Source of the DNA: Myxococcota bacterium | Lineage (GTDB): Bacteria; Myxococcota_A; UBA796; CAJQPC01 | Direction: 5' to 3' | DNA length: 64,000 bases | Assembly (NCBI GenBank): GCA_036229005.1 | Contig: JAZAMN010000030.1 | Coordinates: forward strand, 1-64,000 | Notes under the pieces: generated by a model | Told to the model about the DNA's origin: nothing | Database searches by the model: none | What the model saw: the letters and a program-made list of their open reading frames with translations, nothing else | Part shown: positions 41,022 through 49,264 of the stretch, piece by piece | How positions within the stretch are numbered: position 1 is the stretch's first letter | Layout: every line of letters begins with the position of its first letter | Position numbers and translations under genes: made by a program

Positions 41022-43892
41022 GTGAGCCGCACCATTTCCTCCTCCGATCCCAGCACTGACGCCTCCTGGTTGGACGCCTCCCTCGAGATCCTCATGGATC
41101 GCGGTGAGCCCCGCTCCGTGGTGCGGATCGTGGAGCGCTGGGCCACCTCGGGTGAGCCCACCACGCACGCGCTGCTGCTCCAGGCCCAGGCCTTCCTTCA
41201 GCTCAACCTGATGGACCGCGCCTGGGTGCGCCTCAAGGAGGTCGGCGAGCGCGAGCCTGAGAACGTCCAGGCCTTGTTGCTCACCGCCCAGATGTTCATC
41301 GAGCGCGGCTGGCCGCTGCGGGCGCGCAAGCTGTTGGCCCGGGTGGAGGACGACTCCGAGCTCGCCCAGCACCTGCGCGCCGCCGCCGAGCAACCGGCCC
41401 TGGCTCCCCCCAAGCAGGCCCGCGAGATCGAGGCTGAAGGCACCCCCCAGCAGCAGCTTGAGCTGGCCGAGCGCTTCATGGCCGCGGGCACCTTCCTGCG
41501 CGCCAAGTCCATCCTGGAGCGCCTGCGCCGCAAGGGAGGCCCCACCGAGCCCCGCGCGGAGCTCCTGCTCTGGGCGCTTGGCGGCGGCTTCGTCAACGAG
41601 GGCGGGGACCCTGGCGCGCTGCTCCTGGAGCTGGCCCCCGAGCTCGAGGGTGTGGACGAGTCCAACACCCTGGACCGCGAGTCCACCTTCGACGAGCCCT
41701 TCGGAGAGGGGGAGGTCACCTCCACCGGCCTCGCCCAGGAGGAGAGCGGCGGCTCCGACGAGGGCTTCCCGGCGCTCTTCCGGCGGGCGGAGCTCCCCCG
41801 GGACCACAACACCACCGAGGAGGTCACCGCGGTCAGCGGGTTGGCCTCGCCGGCGGAGCTCCAGCACAGAGATCCGACCGAGGAGACCTACTCCGGCGGT
41901 GGGGGAATCGTCTCCGGCGACACCCAGATCATGATGGTCATCCGCAAGGACGGCCAGCAGGAGGACGCCGAAGGCGAGCACCACACCCTGGGACAGGAGG
42001 ACGACGGACTGCGGGAGACCCTCAACCTGCGGGACTACCTCAGCCACATGGGCATGGACCCAGCGCTCTCCGATCTGGACGGCGACGAGGTCGACCTGGA
42101 GGAGGAGGACGATGACCTGATCGTCGTCACCCGCCGCGAGCGCCCCACCCGCGAGCCCACCGAGGAGCTCGATCTCGACCAGCCCGTACAGGTCGTCGAG
42201 AAGCCCCTGACCCCCATCCATCCCCCCGAGCTGCTTGAGGAGGATGAGGAGCGGACCATCGGCGCGCCGGCGCCGGCCATCCGGCCCCGGGATCCGGAGC
42301 CCACCTCCTCGGACCCCGTGGCTGACGCCCCCCTCGAGCCCCAGTCCGCCGACGAGGGCAGGCTGAGCCGCTGGCTGGGCCTGGCGATCATCGCGCTGGT
42401 GCTCCTGGTCGTGGCCGCCGTCACTGGCGTGTTCGTGAGCCAGCGGCTGGCGTCCAACGCGGTCGTCGACCACGCCCTCCAGGTCGTCGCCACCGCGGAT
42501 CAGCGCGCCCTCCAGGAGCTCGAGGCCAGCCTGGAGAGCCAGCTCGCCGAGCACCCCCAGGATGGGGCGCTGCAGGCCAGCTACGCGCTGGTGGAGCTGG
42601 TTCTGTGGCGCGAGTTCACCGGGGACCCGGTGCGGCTGGAGCAGGGCTCGGCCGCCGCCGCCGCAGCGGCCCAGCTCAAGGGCGGCGGCGAGCCGATGGC
42701 CCTGGCCTACGCCTACCGGGCCTTGGCGCAGGGCGACCTGGAGACCGCCGCACAGAACCTGGAGGCCGCCGGGGACTCGGCCGAGGCCAAGGCTGTCGCG
42801 GCCATGATCGCCTTGGAAGCGGACCAGCCTGCAGAGGCCGTCCAGCGCTCCCGCGAGGCCCTGGCCCTCTCGGACGCTCCCCGCTACCACCAGATGCTGG
42901 CCCAGAGCTGCCTTGAGGCTGGGGACCAGCCCTGCGCCCAGGCGCAGCTCGCGGGCATGGGGGAGGGCGCCTCGGCGCAGCTCATGGCCCTCCGCGTCCA
43001 GGACCAGGGCAGCGCGGAGCAGCGCCTGGAACAGGTCGAAGCGCTGCTCGAAGGTCCGCTCCCCTTGCGGGTCGCCAGCGACGCTCAGCTCCTGCGTAGC
43101 GAGCTCCTGGTCGAGCTGGACCGGCCCGAGGGTGCTCTGCTTGCCCTCCACGAGGCGCTGCGCGAGGACCTGGACAACCCCGAGCTCCTGCTGCATCGCG
43201 CCGCGCTGGAGGCCTCGCTGGGACGACAGCGCCGCGCACTGGCCGCGCTGGAGCGCGCCGCCCGGGTGCGCCCCCTGGACATGGAGCTGCACACCGCGCG
43301 GGTGGCGGTGCTCCTGGAGCTCGACCGGGTCGAGTCTGCGAGCGAGCTCGTCCAGGCCCTCCCGGAGGCCCCCCGAAAGCAGGTCCTGCAGGCCTGGGTG
43401 GCGCAGGCGGAGGGAGGGGAGCCCGCCGCAGATCTGCAGGATTCCACCGACCCTCTGGCTCAGTATGTCCTCGCTTGGGGGCAGGGGGCGCAGAGGGGGG
43501 AGTCGGCCAAGGAGCTGGAGGGTGTGGCCCAGCAGCTTCGGGCCAGCGACGAGCCCTTCCTCTCCCGCCTCGCAGGTCCGGTGGAGGCCCTCGCGGCCCT
43601 GCGCTCCGGGGGCGAGACCCAGCAGGCGATCCTGCGGGACAGCAGCGATCCCTTGGCCTTGCTCGCCTTGGCCCAGGCGGTGTCCGAGGACCAGCCCCAG
43701 CTCGCCGCAGGTCTGCTCGACCGCTGCACCGAGTCCGCCGGCGCGCTGGCCCGGGCGCACTACGAGCGGGGGCGGGTGTACAAGCTTCTGGGCAGGGAAT
43801 CGGAGTCCCGGGTCAGCCTGCGGGCCTACCTGGAGCTCTCGCCGGACGGCCCACGGGCGGTACAGGCCCGAGGCCAGTTGGCGCGTCGCTGA
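41022..43892 (+). CDS. Large TPR protein with acidic linker and single TM
   Basis: N-terminal TPRs, Asp/Glu-rich linker, TM WLGLAIIALVLLVVAAV, C-terminal TPRs. Confidence 0.75.
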   Translation: MSRTISSSDPSTDASWLDASLEILMDRGEPRSVVRIVERWATSGEPTTHALLLQAQAFLQLNLMDRAWVRLKEVGEREPENVQALLLTAQMFIERGWPLRARKLLARVEDDSELAQHLRAAAEQPALAPPKQAREIEAEGTPQQQLELAERFMAAGTFLRAKSILERLRRKGGPTEPRAELLLWALGGGFVNEGGDPGALLLELAPELEGVDESNTLDRESTFDEPFGEGEVTSTGLAQEESGGSDEGFPALFRRAELPRDHNTTEEVTAVSGLASPAELQHRDPTEETYSGGGGIVSGDTQIMMVIRKDGQQEDAEGEHHTLGQEDDGLRETLNLRDYLSHMGMDPALSDLDGDEVDLEEEDDDLIVVTRRERPTREPTEELDLDQPVQVVEKPLTPIHPPELLEEDEERTIGAPAPAIRPRDPEPTSSDPVADAPLEPQSADEGRLSRWLGLAIIALVLLVVAAVTGVFVSQRLASNAVVDHALQVVATADQRALQELEASLESQLAEHPQDGALQASYALVELVLWREFTGDPVRLEQGSAAAAAAAQLKGGGEPMALAYAYRALAQGDLETAAQNLEAAGDSAEAKAVAAMIALEADQPAEAVQRSREALALSDAPRYHQMLAQSCLEAGDQPCAQAQLAGMGEGASAQLMALRVQDQGSAEQRLEQVEALLEGPLPLRVASDAQLLRSELLVELDRPEGALLALHEALREDLDNPELLLHRAALEASLGRQRRALAALERAARVRPLDMELHTARVAVLLELDRVESASELVQALPEAPRKQVLQAWVAQAEGGEPAADLQDSTDPLAQYVLAWGQGAQRGESAKELEGVAQQLRASDEPFLSRLAGPVEALAALRSGGETQQAILRDSSDPLALLALAQAVSEDQPQLAAGLLDRCTESAGALARAHYERGRVYKLLGRESESRVSLRAYLELSPDGPRAVQARGQLARR

Positions 43893-44038
43893 TCGAGGTT
43901 TTGGGGCAAGCAACATTAGTCGCTTGCGAACTTGTCGCTTGAGTGACTAAGTTGGGTTGCTCGACGATCTCAGGCCTGCGCCGAAGGTCATCACACGACA
44001 AATCAACAGGGCCACCGGGCCCGTGATGGAGGAAAACA

Positions 44039-44899
44039 ATGACTACCCGCACGCTCGGCTTCGGCCTGCTCACGGCTGGGCTTCTCGTCTCCCTGTCCGC
44101 CTGCAAGGACGGCAACGACTGCGACACCGCCGCTGGCGAGGTCTGTGACACCGGCTCCGAGGGCGACGCTGACGCCGACTCGGACTCCGACTCCGACACC
44201 GACTCCGACGCAGACGCCGACTTCGACGACTACGCCGCCGCCTTCTCCTTCTACTCCGGCTACCAGGACGGCGCGCACGTCAACTGGACCGCGAGCGATG
44301 GCTCCGTCGGTGAGCCCTGGGTCTCCGTGACCATCTACGAGGAGGCCTACTTCGACGACGGCGACGACCGCTACTCCTGCACCTGGAACGCCTACATCAC
44401 CGAGGTTGCCACCGACAACCTGGGCGTGGACGGCCTGTGGTACGGCGCCGAGATGGCCTTCGAGGGCGTCGAGGGCGGCACCGACTGCGCCAACTTCAAC
44501 GAGGAGGCCTGGGGCTCCACCGATCCCACCGCCGCCTTCGAGGCCATGCGCTGGGGTCTGGGTTGGGGGCCCCTGGGTCCGAACGTCGGTCCCTCCCTGG
44601 AGGAGGCTGTCAACGGCTCCAGCTACGACTGGGCCACTGACTTCGAGCCCTACGTCTTCAGCTACTACCTGGGCTTCACCAGCGACACCAGCATGACCTT
44701 CGCTGACAGCGAGACCGTGAGCGACTACGGCTACGCCTTCGCCTACGAGGTCGATCCCAGCGACATGAGCATGGTGTTCGACTCCGACGAGGCCGCCATC
44801 CAGCTCGAGCTCGGCTCCGCTACCGAGATGCCCTCCGCCGCCTTCCTGCAGGGCGCCGGCTGGTACCTCCCCTACACCAGCAACTTCACCGGCGAGTGA
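44039..44899 (+). CDS. Acidic lipoprotein with DADADSDSD tract
   Basis: Lipobox LSAC; Asp-X repeat; strong codon bias. Confidence 0.8.
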   Translation: MTTRTLGFGLLTAGLLVSLSACKDGNDCDTAAGEVCDTGSEGDADADSDSDSDTDSDADADFDDYAAAFSFYSGYQDGAHVNWTASDGSVGEPWVSVTIYEEAYFDDGDDRYSCTWNAYITEVATDNLGVDGLWYGAEMAFEGVEGGTDCANFNEEAWGSTDPTAAFEAMRWGLGWGPLGPNVGPSLEEAVNGSSYDWATDFEPYVFSYYLGFTSDTSMTFADSETVSDYGYAFAYEVDPSDMSMVFDSDEAAIQLELGSATEMPSAAFLQGAGWYLPYTSNFTGE

Positions 44900-44907
44900 T
44901 TCGGTCT

Positions 44908-44977
44908 CCGCTGGGCCTTCGGGCTCGGCGGTGCCATCAGCGAGGGTGTCTCGGAGCGATCCGGGGCACCCTCGCTG
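44908..44977. repeat. Two adjacent tetraloop hairpins (terminator/REP-like)
   Basis: ccgctgggcc-ttcg-ggctcggcgg and cagcgagggtgtctcgga-gcga-tccggggcaccctcgctg. Confidence 0.6.
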
Positions 44978-45009
44978 CCTCTGGGCCTGCGTTGTGAGAG
45001 ACTGCCGCC

Positions 45010-45549
45010 ATGCTCCTGTCCCTACTCGTTGCTTGCGCCACCCCCTCGGGTGAGGGGCCTCCAGGCTGGGCCGTCGCCTACGCCAACGTGGTCCCGGAGG
45101 CGGAGGGTTCCTGGCGGGGACACCAGGTCTGGGTGTTCTACGAGGACGGGTGGAGCCGACAGCCCGGGGCGGAGTGGCACCTGTGCACCCTGCTCCAGGG
45201 CCTGGAGGGCAGCTCCCCGGGGCAGGCACTGGAGGGTTGTCCGGAGTGCATCTCCCTGGTGCAGGTCCAGGTCCAGAACATCGAGTCGGACTGTCCGGAG
45301 GCCTGGCTGCAGGATCCCGGCTTCGAGTCGGACCTGAACATGGCCGTGGGGCCGCTCCCAGATGACCTCGCTGTTGGGGCACCAGACAACAGCTCGCTGG
45401 GCTGGTACAGCTCCTACGGAGATGAGCCCCTGTCGCCCCAGGGCTACACAACCTCCGAGGCCGCCCTCTCTGGGAGGGAAGCCCCCCAGGGCTTCGCCGA
45501 AGAGCAGCCCTACACCCTGTGGCCCGCCTACGCCTGGTCGCTGCGTTGA
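45010..45549 (+). CDS. Hypothetical lipoprotein
   Basis: LLVAC lipobox; CPEC plus further Cys. Confidence 0.65.
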   Translation: MLLSLLVACATPSGEGPPGWAVAYANVVPEAEGSWRGHQVWVFYEDGWSRQPGAEWHLCTLLQGLEGSSPGQALEGCPECISLVQVQVQNIESDCPEAWLQDPGFESDLNMAVGPLPDDLAVGAPDNSSLGWYSSYGDEPLSPQGYTTSEAALSGREAPQGFAEEQPYTLWPAYAWSLR

Positions 45550-45619
45550 GCCCTCGACGCCAGGGGTCGCCGGCTCGGGATCTGGCGGCTATGCTCAGGG
45601 CAGGCAGGGTGGAGACACC

Positions 45620-46258
45620 ATGAAGCGCGCAGCTTGCACATCGCTGCTGATGGCGTTCGCCGTGGCGTGCACGCCTCGCGGGGTCGCGGACACTGCTGCC
45701 CAGGCAGACGACACCTCCTTCGCGGTGGACGACAGCGGGACGGACGACACCTCGCAGCCTGAGCCCGAGCGCTTTCGGGTCCTGGGCACGCTGACCGTTC
45801 AGGATGGCGAGTACGTCGCGGCCGAGGTCCAGTATCGCCTGCTCGCGGACGACGGCACCGAGATCTGCACGCAGACCCACGCCGCGGAGACGGTGACCAT
45901 GGCCCTGTCTCCGGAGCCCGAGTGGGTGTTCGACTGGGCCCGCTTGGACCTCGCCGACACCGACGAGTGGTGTCAGGCGAGCCTGCCCAGCAGCCTGGGG
46001 GTGGGGTTGGGTCTGTTGTACACCGAGGTCGTTCCTCACCTGGAGGCCAGCGGGGTGGCGGAGGTCCAGAGCTCGCTGCAGGGCTTCTACGCCAGCTTCG
46101 AGCAACCCTGGAGCGATGGGATCGAGCAGAGCACCCTGGCAATGGGCTACGCCGGGACCGAGCAGGCGCTCGCGGGTGAGGTCCAGGCCGCTGAGTCCGG
46201 CCCGCTCCCCGACGGCGTCTACAGCTTCCGGTCCGTGTTCACGCTGACCCTGGAGTAG
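45620..46258 (+). CDS. Hypothetical lipoprotein
   Basis: AVAC lipobox; RBS ggag. Confidence 0.65.
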   Translation: MKRAACTSLLMAFAVACTPRGVADTAAQADDTSFAVDDSGTDDTSQPEPERFRVLGTLTVQDGEYVAAEVQYRLLADDGTEICTQTHAAETVTMALSPEPEWVFDWARLDLADTDEWCQASLPSSLGVGLGLLYTEVVPHLEASGVAEVQSSLQGFYASFEQPWSDGIEQSTLAMGYAGTEQALAGEVQAAESGPLPDGVYSFRSVFTLTLE

Positions 46259-47077
46259 TCACCAGCTCAGCGTGGGCGCGTCCGTGAGCGCCGCCGAGGC
46301 GAACACCCGTCCGTTCTCCGGGCAGTAGTGCCAGTCGGTGTCGACCCCCGTCAGGGTGGCCTGGTCCGGGACCTCGTTGCAGTAGGGGAGAACGCTGCCC
46401 TCGGCGGCGCTGAGCAGGTTCCGCGGCAGCCCGCCGGGGACCAGGATCCCGAGCGCCTGGCCCGGTCCGTCCCCGTCCAGGTCGTAGTGGTTGGCCTGGA
46501 GCTCGTCCAGGGTGGGCCAGTGGCGACCGGGGTGACGTCTGAGCTGTTCGTGGGCCTCCGAGAGCCCCGCCCGAAGCCGCGCCAGGTTCTCCTGTGTGCG
46601 GGCCTCTGCGTCGGGGGGCGGCCGGTAGTTCTCGGGGTTGGGGCCGGGCGCGGCCTGCTTGGGGGGCAGCAGCGCCAGCAGGGTCAGGGGGAGGAGGAGC
46701 AGCGCAGCCCACCTCAGCCTTGGGGCCCACCGCCTGAGCCTCCCGTCCCCCTCGGCCACCTCTACACCCCCTCCACCGGCGAGGACATGCTGGCGCGCGC
46801 TGGGAGAGAGCACGCAGTCGCGCAGCGTGCAGCCCTGGGCCTGGACGCCGTCGAGCTGGCATGCCCGGAGCAGCGCGCCGTCCAGCCGGCACCCCCGAAG
46901 GTCCGCGCTCCGCAGGTCACAGCGCTCCAGGGTCGCTCCGCGCAGGTCGCAGTCCCGGAGGCTCAGGACCCGGACATCACGCAGGTGGGCCCGCTGCAGG
47001 GAGCAGTCCTCCAGGCGCCCGAGCTCGCCGCCCTGGATCTGGGCTCCATCCAGGTCCTTGCCCTCCAGGACCTTCAC
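46259..47077 (-). CDS. Pentapeptide-repeat protein with TM and pilin-like C-terminal domain
   Basis: DLRGA/DLRSA/RLDGA repeats, TM helix, then ENLARLR..WPTL..WHY. GTG start inferred. Confidence 0.65.
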   Translation of the reverse strand: MKVLEGKDLDGAQIQGGELGRLEDCSLQRAHLRDVRVLSLRDCDLRGATLERCDLRSADLRGCRLDGALLRACQLDGVQAQGCTLRDCVLSPSARQHVLAGGGGVEVAEGDGRLRRWAPRLRWAALLLLPLTLLALLPPKQAAPGPNPENYRPPPDAEARTQENLARLRAGLSEAHEQLRRHPGRHWPTLDELQANHYDLDGDGPGQALGILVPGGLPRNLLSAAEGSVLPYCNEVPDQATLTGVDTDWHYCPENGRVFASAALTDAPTLSW

Positions 47078-47424
47078 TCCTCTGGACGGGCCAGGCAGAC
47101 CTGCGTGTAGGAGACGGGGAATCCGGTGCCCTTGACGCCGATCTCGAAGTCCGCGCTGAAGGGCCGCCAGCCCTCCTTGCTCTGCTCGCTGGCCCACTGT
47201 CCGATGGGATCGTTGGGATCGGAGGTGGTGAAGATGCCGCCGTACTCATCGTCCGGCGTGACCCTGAAGGTCTTGCACATGAGCTCCGCGGGAGGCGGCG
47301 GGGTCAGGGTGGGGAGCGCCGGGGGGGCGTCCTGTGCTTGGGCCTGGGAGAGGCTGGTGCCGGCGATGGCGCCGATGGCGAGGGCGATCCCGGCGACGCC
47401 GAGCAGCTTGGGGGACAGACGCAT
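47074..47424 (-). CDS. Small secreted protein
   Basis: Signal peptide ending AQA; two Cys. Confidence 0.6.
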   Translation of the reverse strand: MRLSPKLLGVAGIALAIGAIAGTSLSQAQAQDAPPALPTLTPPPPAELMCKTFRVTPDDEYGGIFTTSDPNDPIGQWASEQSKEGWRPFSADFEIGVKGTGFPVSYTQVCLARPEE

Positions 47425-47495
47425 GAAACCTCCGGGGGCAACGCTACCCCGGTTTGCGGGCGCCGTCCCGTCCGGTCTGGGAGATCGGGTGGAGA

Positions 47496-47535
47496 CGGAC
47501 AAGCGGACAATTTTTGGCCCCGGACAATTTTTGGC
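47496..47535. repeat. Tandem operator-like direct repeats
   Basis: cggacaatttttggc at 47504-47518 and 47521-47535, plus a partial cggacaa at 47496-47502. Confidence 0.8.
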
Positions 47536-47592
47536 TCTCACCCCCTGGCTTTGTTCAGTATGTTGTTTGTGTCGATGACAGAGGAGTCGTCC

Positions 47593-48369
47593 ATGCAGCC
47601 CCAGCGAATCACCCCCTCTCCGGTCCCCGCCCCCCGCCTGGCCCTGGCGGAGTCGGAGCTCTGTGCCCGCTTCGGCGGTCCTGTGGTGCGCGTGCTCGCG
47701 GGGCTCTCGGTGGACGGCCACCGCATCGACATGGGCGACCTGCTGCTCCTGGATCCCGGCGCGGTCGCGGGGGACCTGGTGGTGGTCGTCGCGCGGGGCC
47801 GGGGGCGTCCGATGCTCGCCCGCATGAGCGAAGCGGGTCCTCTCGGCGTGCCCAGCGGCGTGCCCTGCTCTCGCAGCCGCTGGCGGGTGCTGGGCCGGGT
47901 CATCGCGCAGGTCCGCCCCTCCACGCCCGCTCAGGACAAGGTGCTGACCTTCCCGGCCGCGCGCGCTCAGGGCATGCTGCCTCTGGCCCCCAGCTCCCTT
48001 GCGCAGGGCGTCGCGGTGCTGCGTCTGGAGCGGGCCCCGACCCCGGAGATGGTGGAGCTGGTCGCGGAGCGTCAGGGCGCGCTGCGTGTCCGGGGCTCCG
48101 AGCTGCATCTGCCCCTGGGGGAGCTGTCTCTGGAGTCCCTGGGGGCCCTGGTTCGGGACCTGGGCCTGCGCTTCGGGGTGCGGGTCCGGGGTGCCCTCGC
48201 GATGGAGCTGGAGCACGCTCAGGCGGCCTGTGCGCTGATGTCCTCGGGCCAGGTCGCTCGGGTGCTCCCGGGTCAGGAGCTGCTCCCCTCTGCGGTGGAG
48301 CGTGAGCTCGCCCAGGTCCAGGAGGAGGAGCGCATGGTGGCTCAGGCTGCGCAGCTCACCCTCTTCTAG
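47593..48369 (+). CDS. Hypothetical: degenerate S24 (UmuD/LexA-like) domain, Y-family palm-like region and beta-clamp motif
   Basis: RBS gaggag; GLSVDGHRIDMGDLLLLD..GDLVVV..VLGRVI; C-terminal QLTLF. Confidence 0.6.
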   Translation: MQPQRITPSPVPAPRLALAESELCARFGGPVVRVLAGLSVDGHRIDMGDLLLLDPGAVAGDLVVVVARGRGRPMLARMSEAGPLGVPSGVPCSRSRWRVLGRVIAQVRPSTPAQDKVLTFPAARAQGMLPLAPSSLAQGVAVLRLERAPTPEMVELVAERQGALRVRGSELHLPLGELSLESLGALVRDLGLRFGVRVRGALAMELEHAQAACALMSSGQVARVLPGQELLPSAVERELAQVQEEERMVAQAAQLTLF

Positions 48370-48437
48370 GGCTGGGCACACAAGCTGGGGACACACACCG
48401 TCCCCAAGCGAGGACAGGGGGGGATAGACCATGGTCC

Positions 48438-49241
48438 ATGCAGGACTTCAAGACACTGATCGCGCACGACCGGCCCTTGATCGGCGTGCTCCATCTGCCC
48501 CCCTTGCCGGGGGCTCCGCGGCCCTCTCCGGGCCTGGACTCCGTGATCCGGACTGCGCTCCGGGACGCCGAGGCGCTCGCGGAGGGCGGAGCTCAAGGGC
48601 TGATCGTGGAGAACCTGGGGGATGCGCCCTTCGAGCCGCTGGTCGAGCCGCATGTGTGCGCCATGCTGGGGGTGATCGCCCACCAGGTGGTGCAGCGCTT
48701 TGGGGATGCGCTGGTGGTCGGGGTGAACGCCCTGCGGAACGACGCGGCCTCGGCGCTGGGGGCGGCGGCCGCCGCTCAGGCGGGCTTTGTGCGGATCAAC
48801 GTGCACACCGGCGCCATGGTGACCGACCAGGGCCTCATCCAGGGGCAGGCCCGTCAGACCCTGCTCTACCGTCAGCGGCTGGCCCCTTCGCTGGGCATCG
48901 CGGCGGACGTCATGGTCAAGCACGCCGCGCCGCTGGGTGTGGGGACCGACCTGGCCCAGAGCGCGGCGGACTGCTTCCACCGCGGGGGAGCGGACGCCCT
49001 CATCATCTCGGGGAGCGGCACGGGTCAGCCCACCTCATCCCAGGACCTGCAGGTGGTCCGGGAGGCTGTCCCGACCGCGCCGCTGTGGATCGGCTCGGGC
49101 TTCAGCCTCGAGACCGCAGCGAGCCTGCGGCCCCACTGCACGGGAGCCATCGTAGGCACCGCGCTGCACCAGGACGGCAAGTTGGCCGCCCCCCTGGACG
49201 TACAGCGGGTGCGGGACATCCGGAGCGCCCTGGACGGCTGA
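48438..49241 (+). CDS. BtpA/SgcQ family protein
   Basis: IGVLHLPPLPG, VENLGDAPF, GVNALRND, ADVMVKH. Confidence 0.92.
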   Translation: MQDFKTLIAHDRPLIGVLHLPPLPGAPRPSPGLDSVIRTALRDAEALAEGGAQGLIVENLGDAPFEPLVEPHVCAMLGVIAHQVVQRFGDALVVGVNALRNDAASALGAAAAAQAGFVRINVHTGAMVTDQGLIQGQARQTLLYRQRLAPSLGIAADVMVKHAAPLGVGTDLAQSAADCFHRGGADALIISGSGTGQPTSSQDLQVVREAVPTAPLWIGSGFSLETAASLRPHCTGAIVGTALHQDGKLAAPLDVQRVRDIRSALDG

Positions 49242-49264
49242 GGCCGGCTGTTGCCGCCTGGGGC

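Noticed and set aside
40995..43916. 973-aa minus-strand ORF and similar long antisense ORFs (e.g. 38446-40950, 17878-19860, 21142-22896)
   Set aside because: They mirror well-supported genes on the opposite strand.
44165..44225. Short tandem repeats as a possible CRISPR or VNTR
   Set aside because: They encode the Asp-Ala/Asp-Ser tract of a lipoprotein; there are no spacers or cas genes.
47543..47559. Myxococcus-type LexA box
   Set aside because: Only the GTTCAG half matches; the left half does not, so it is not called.
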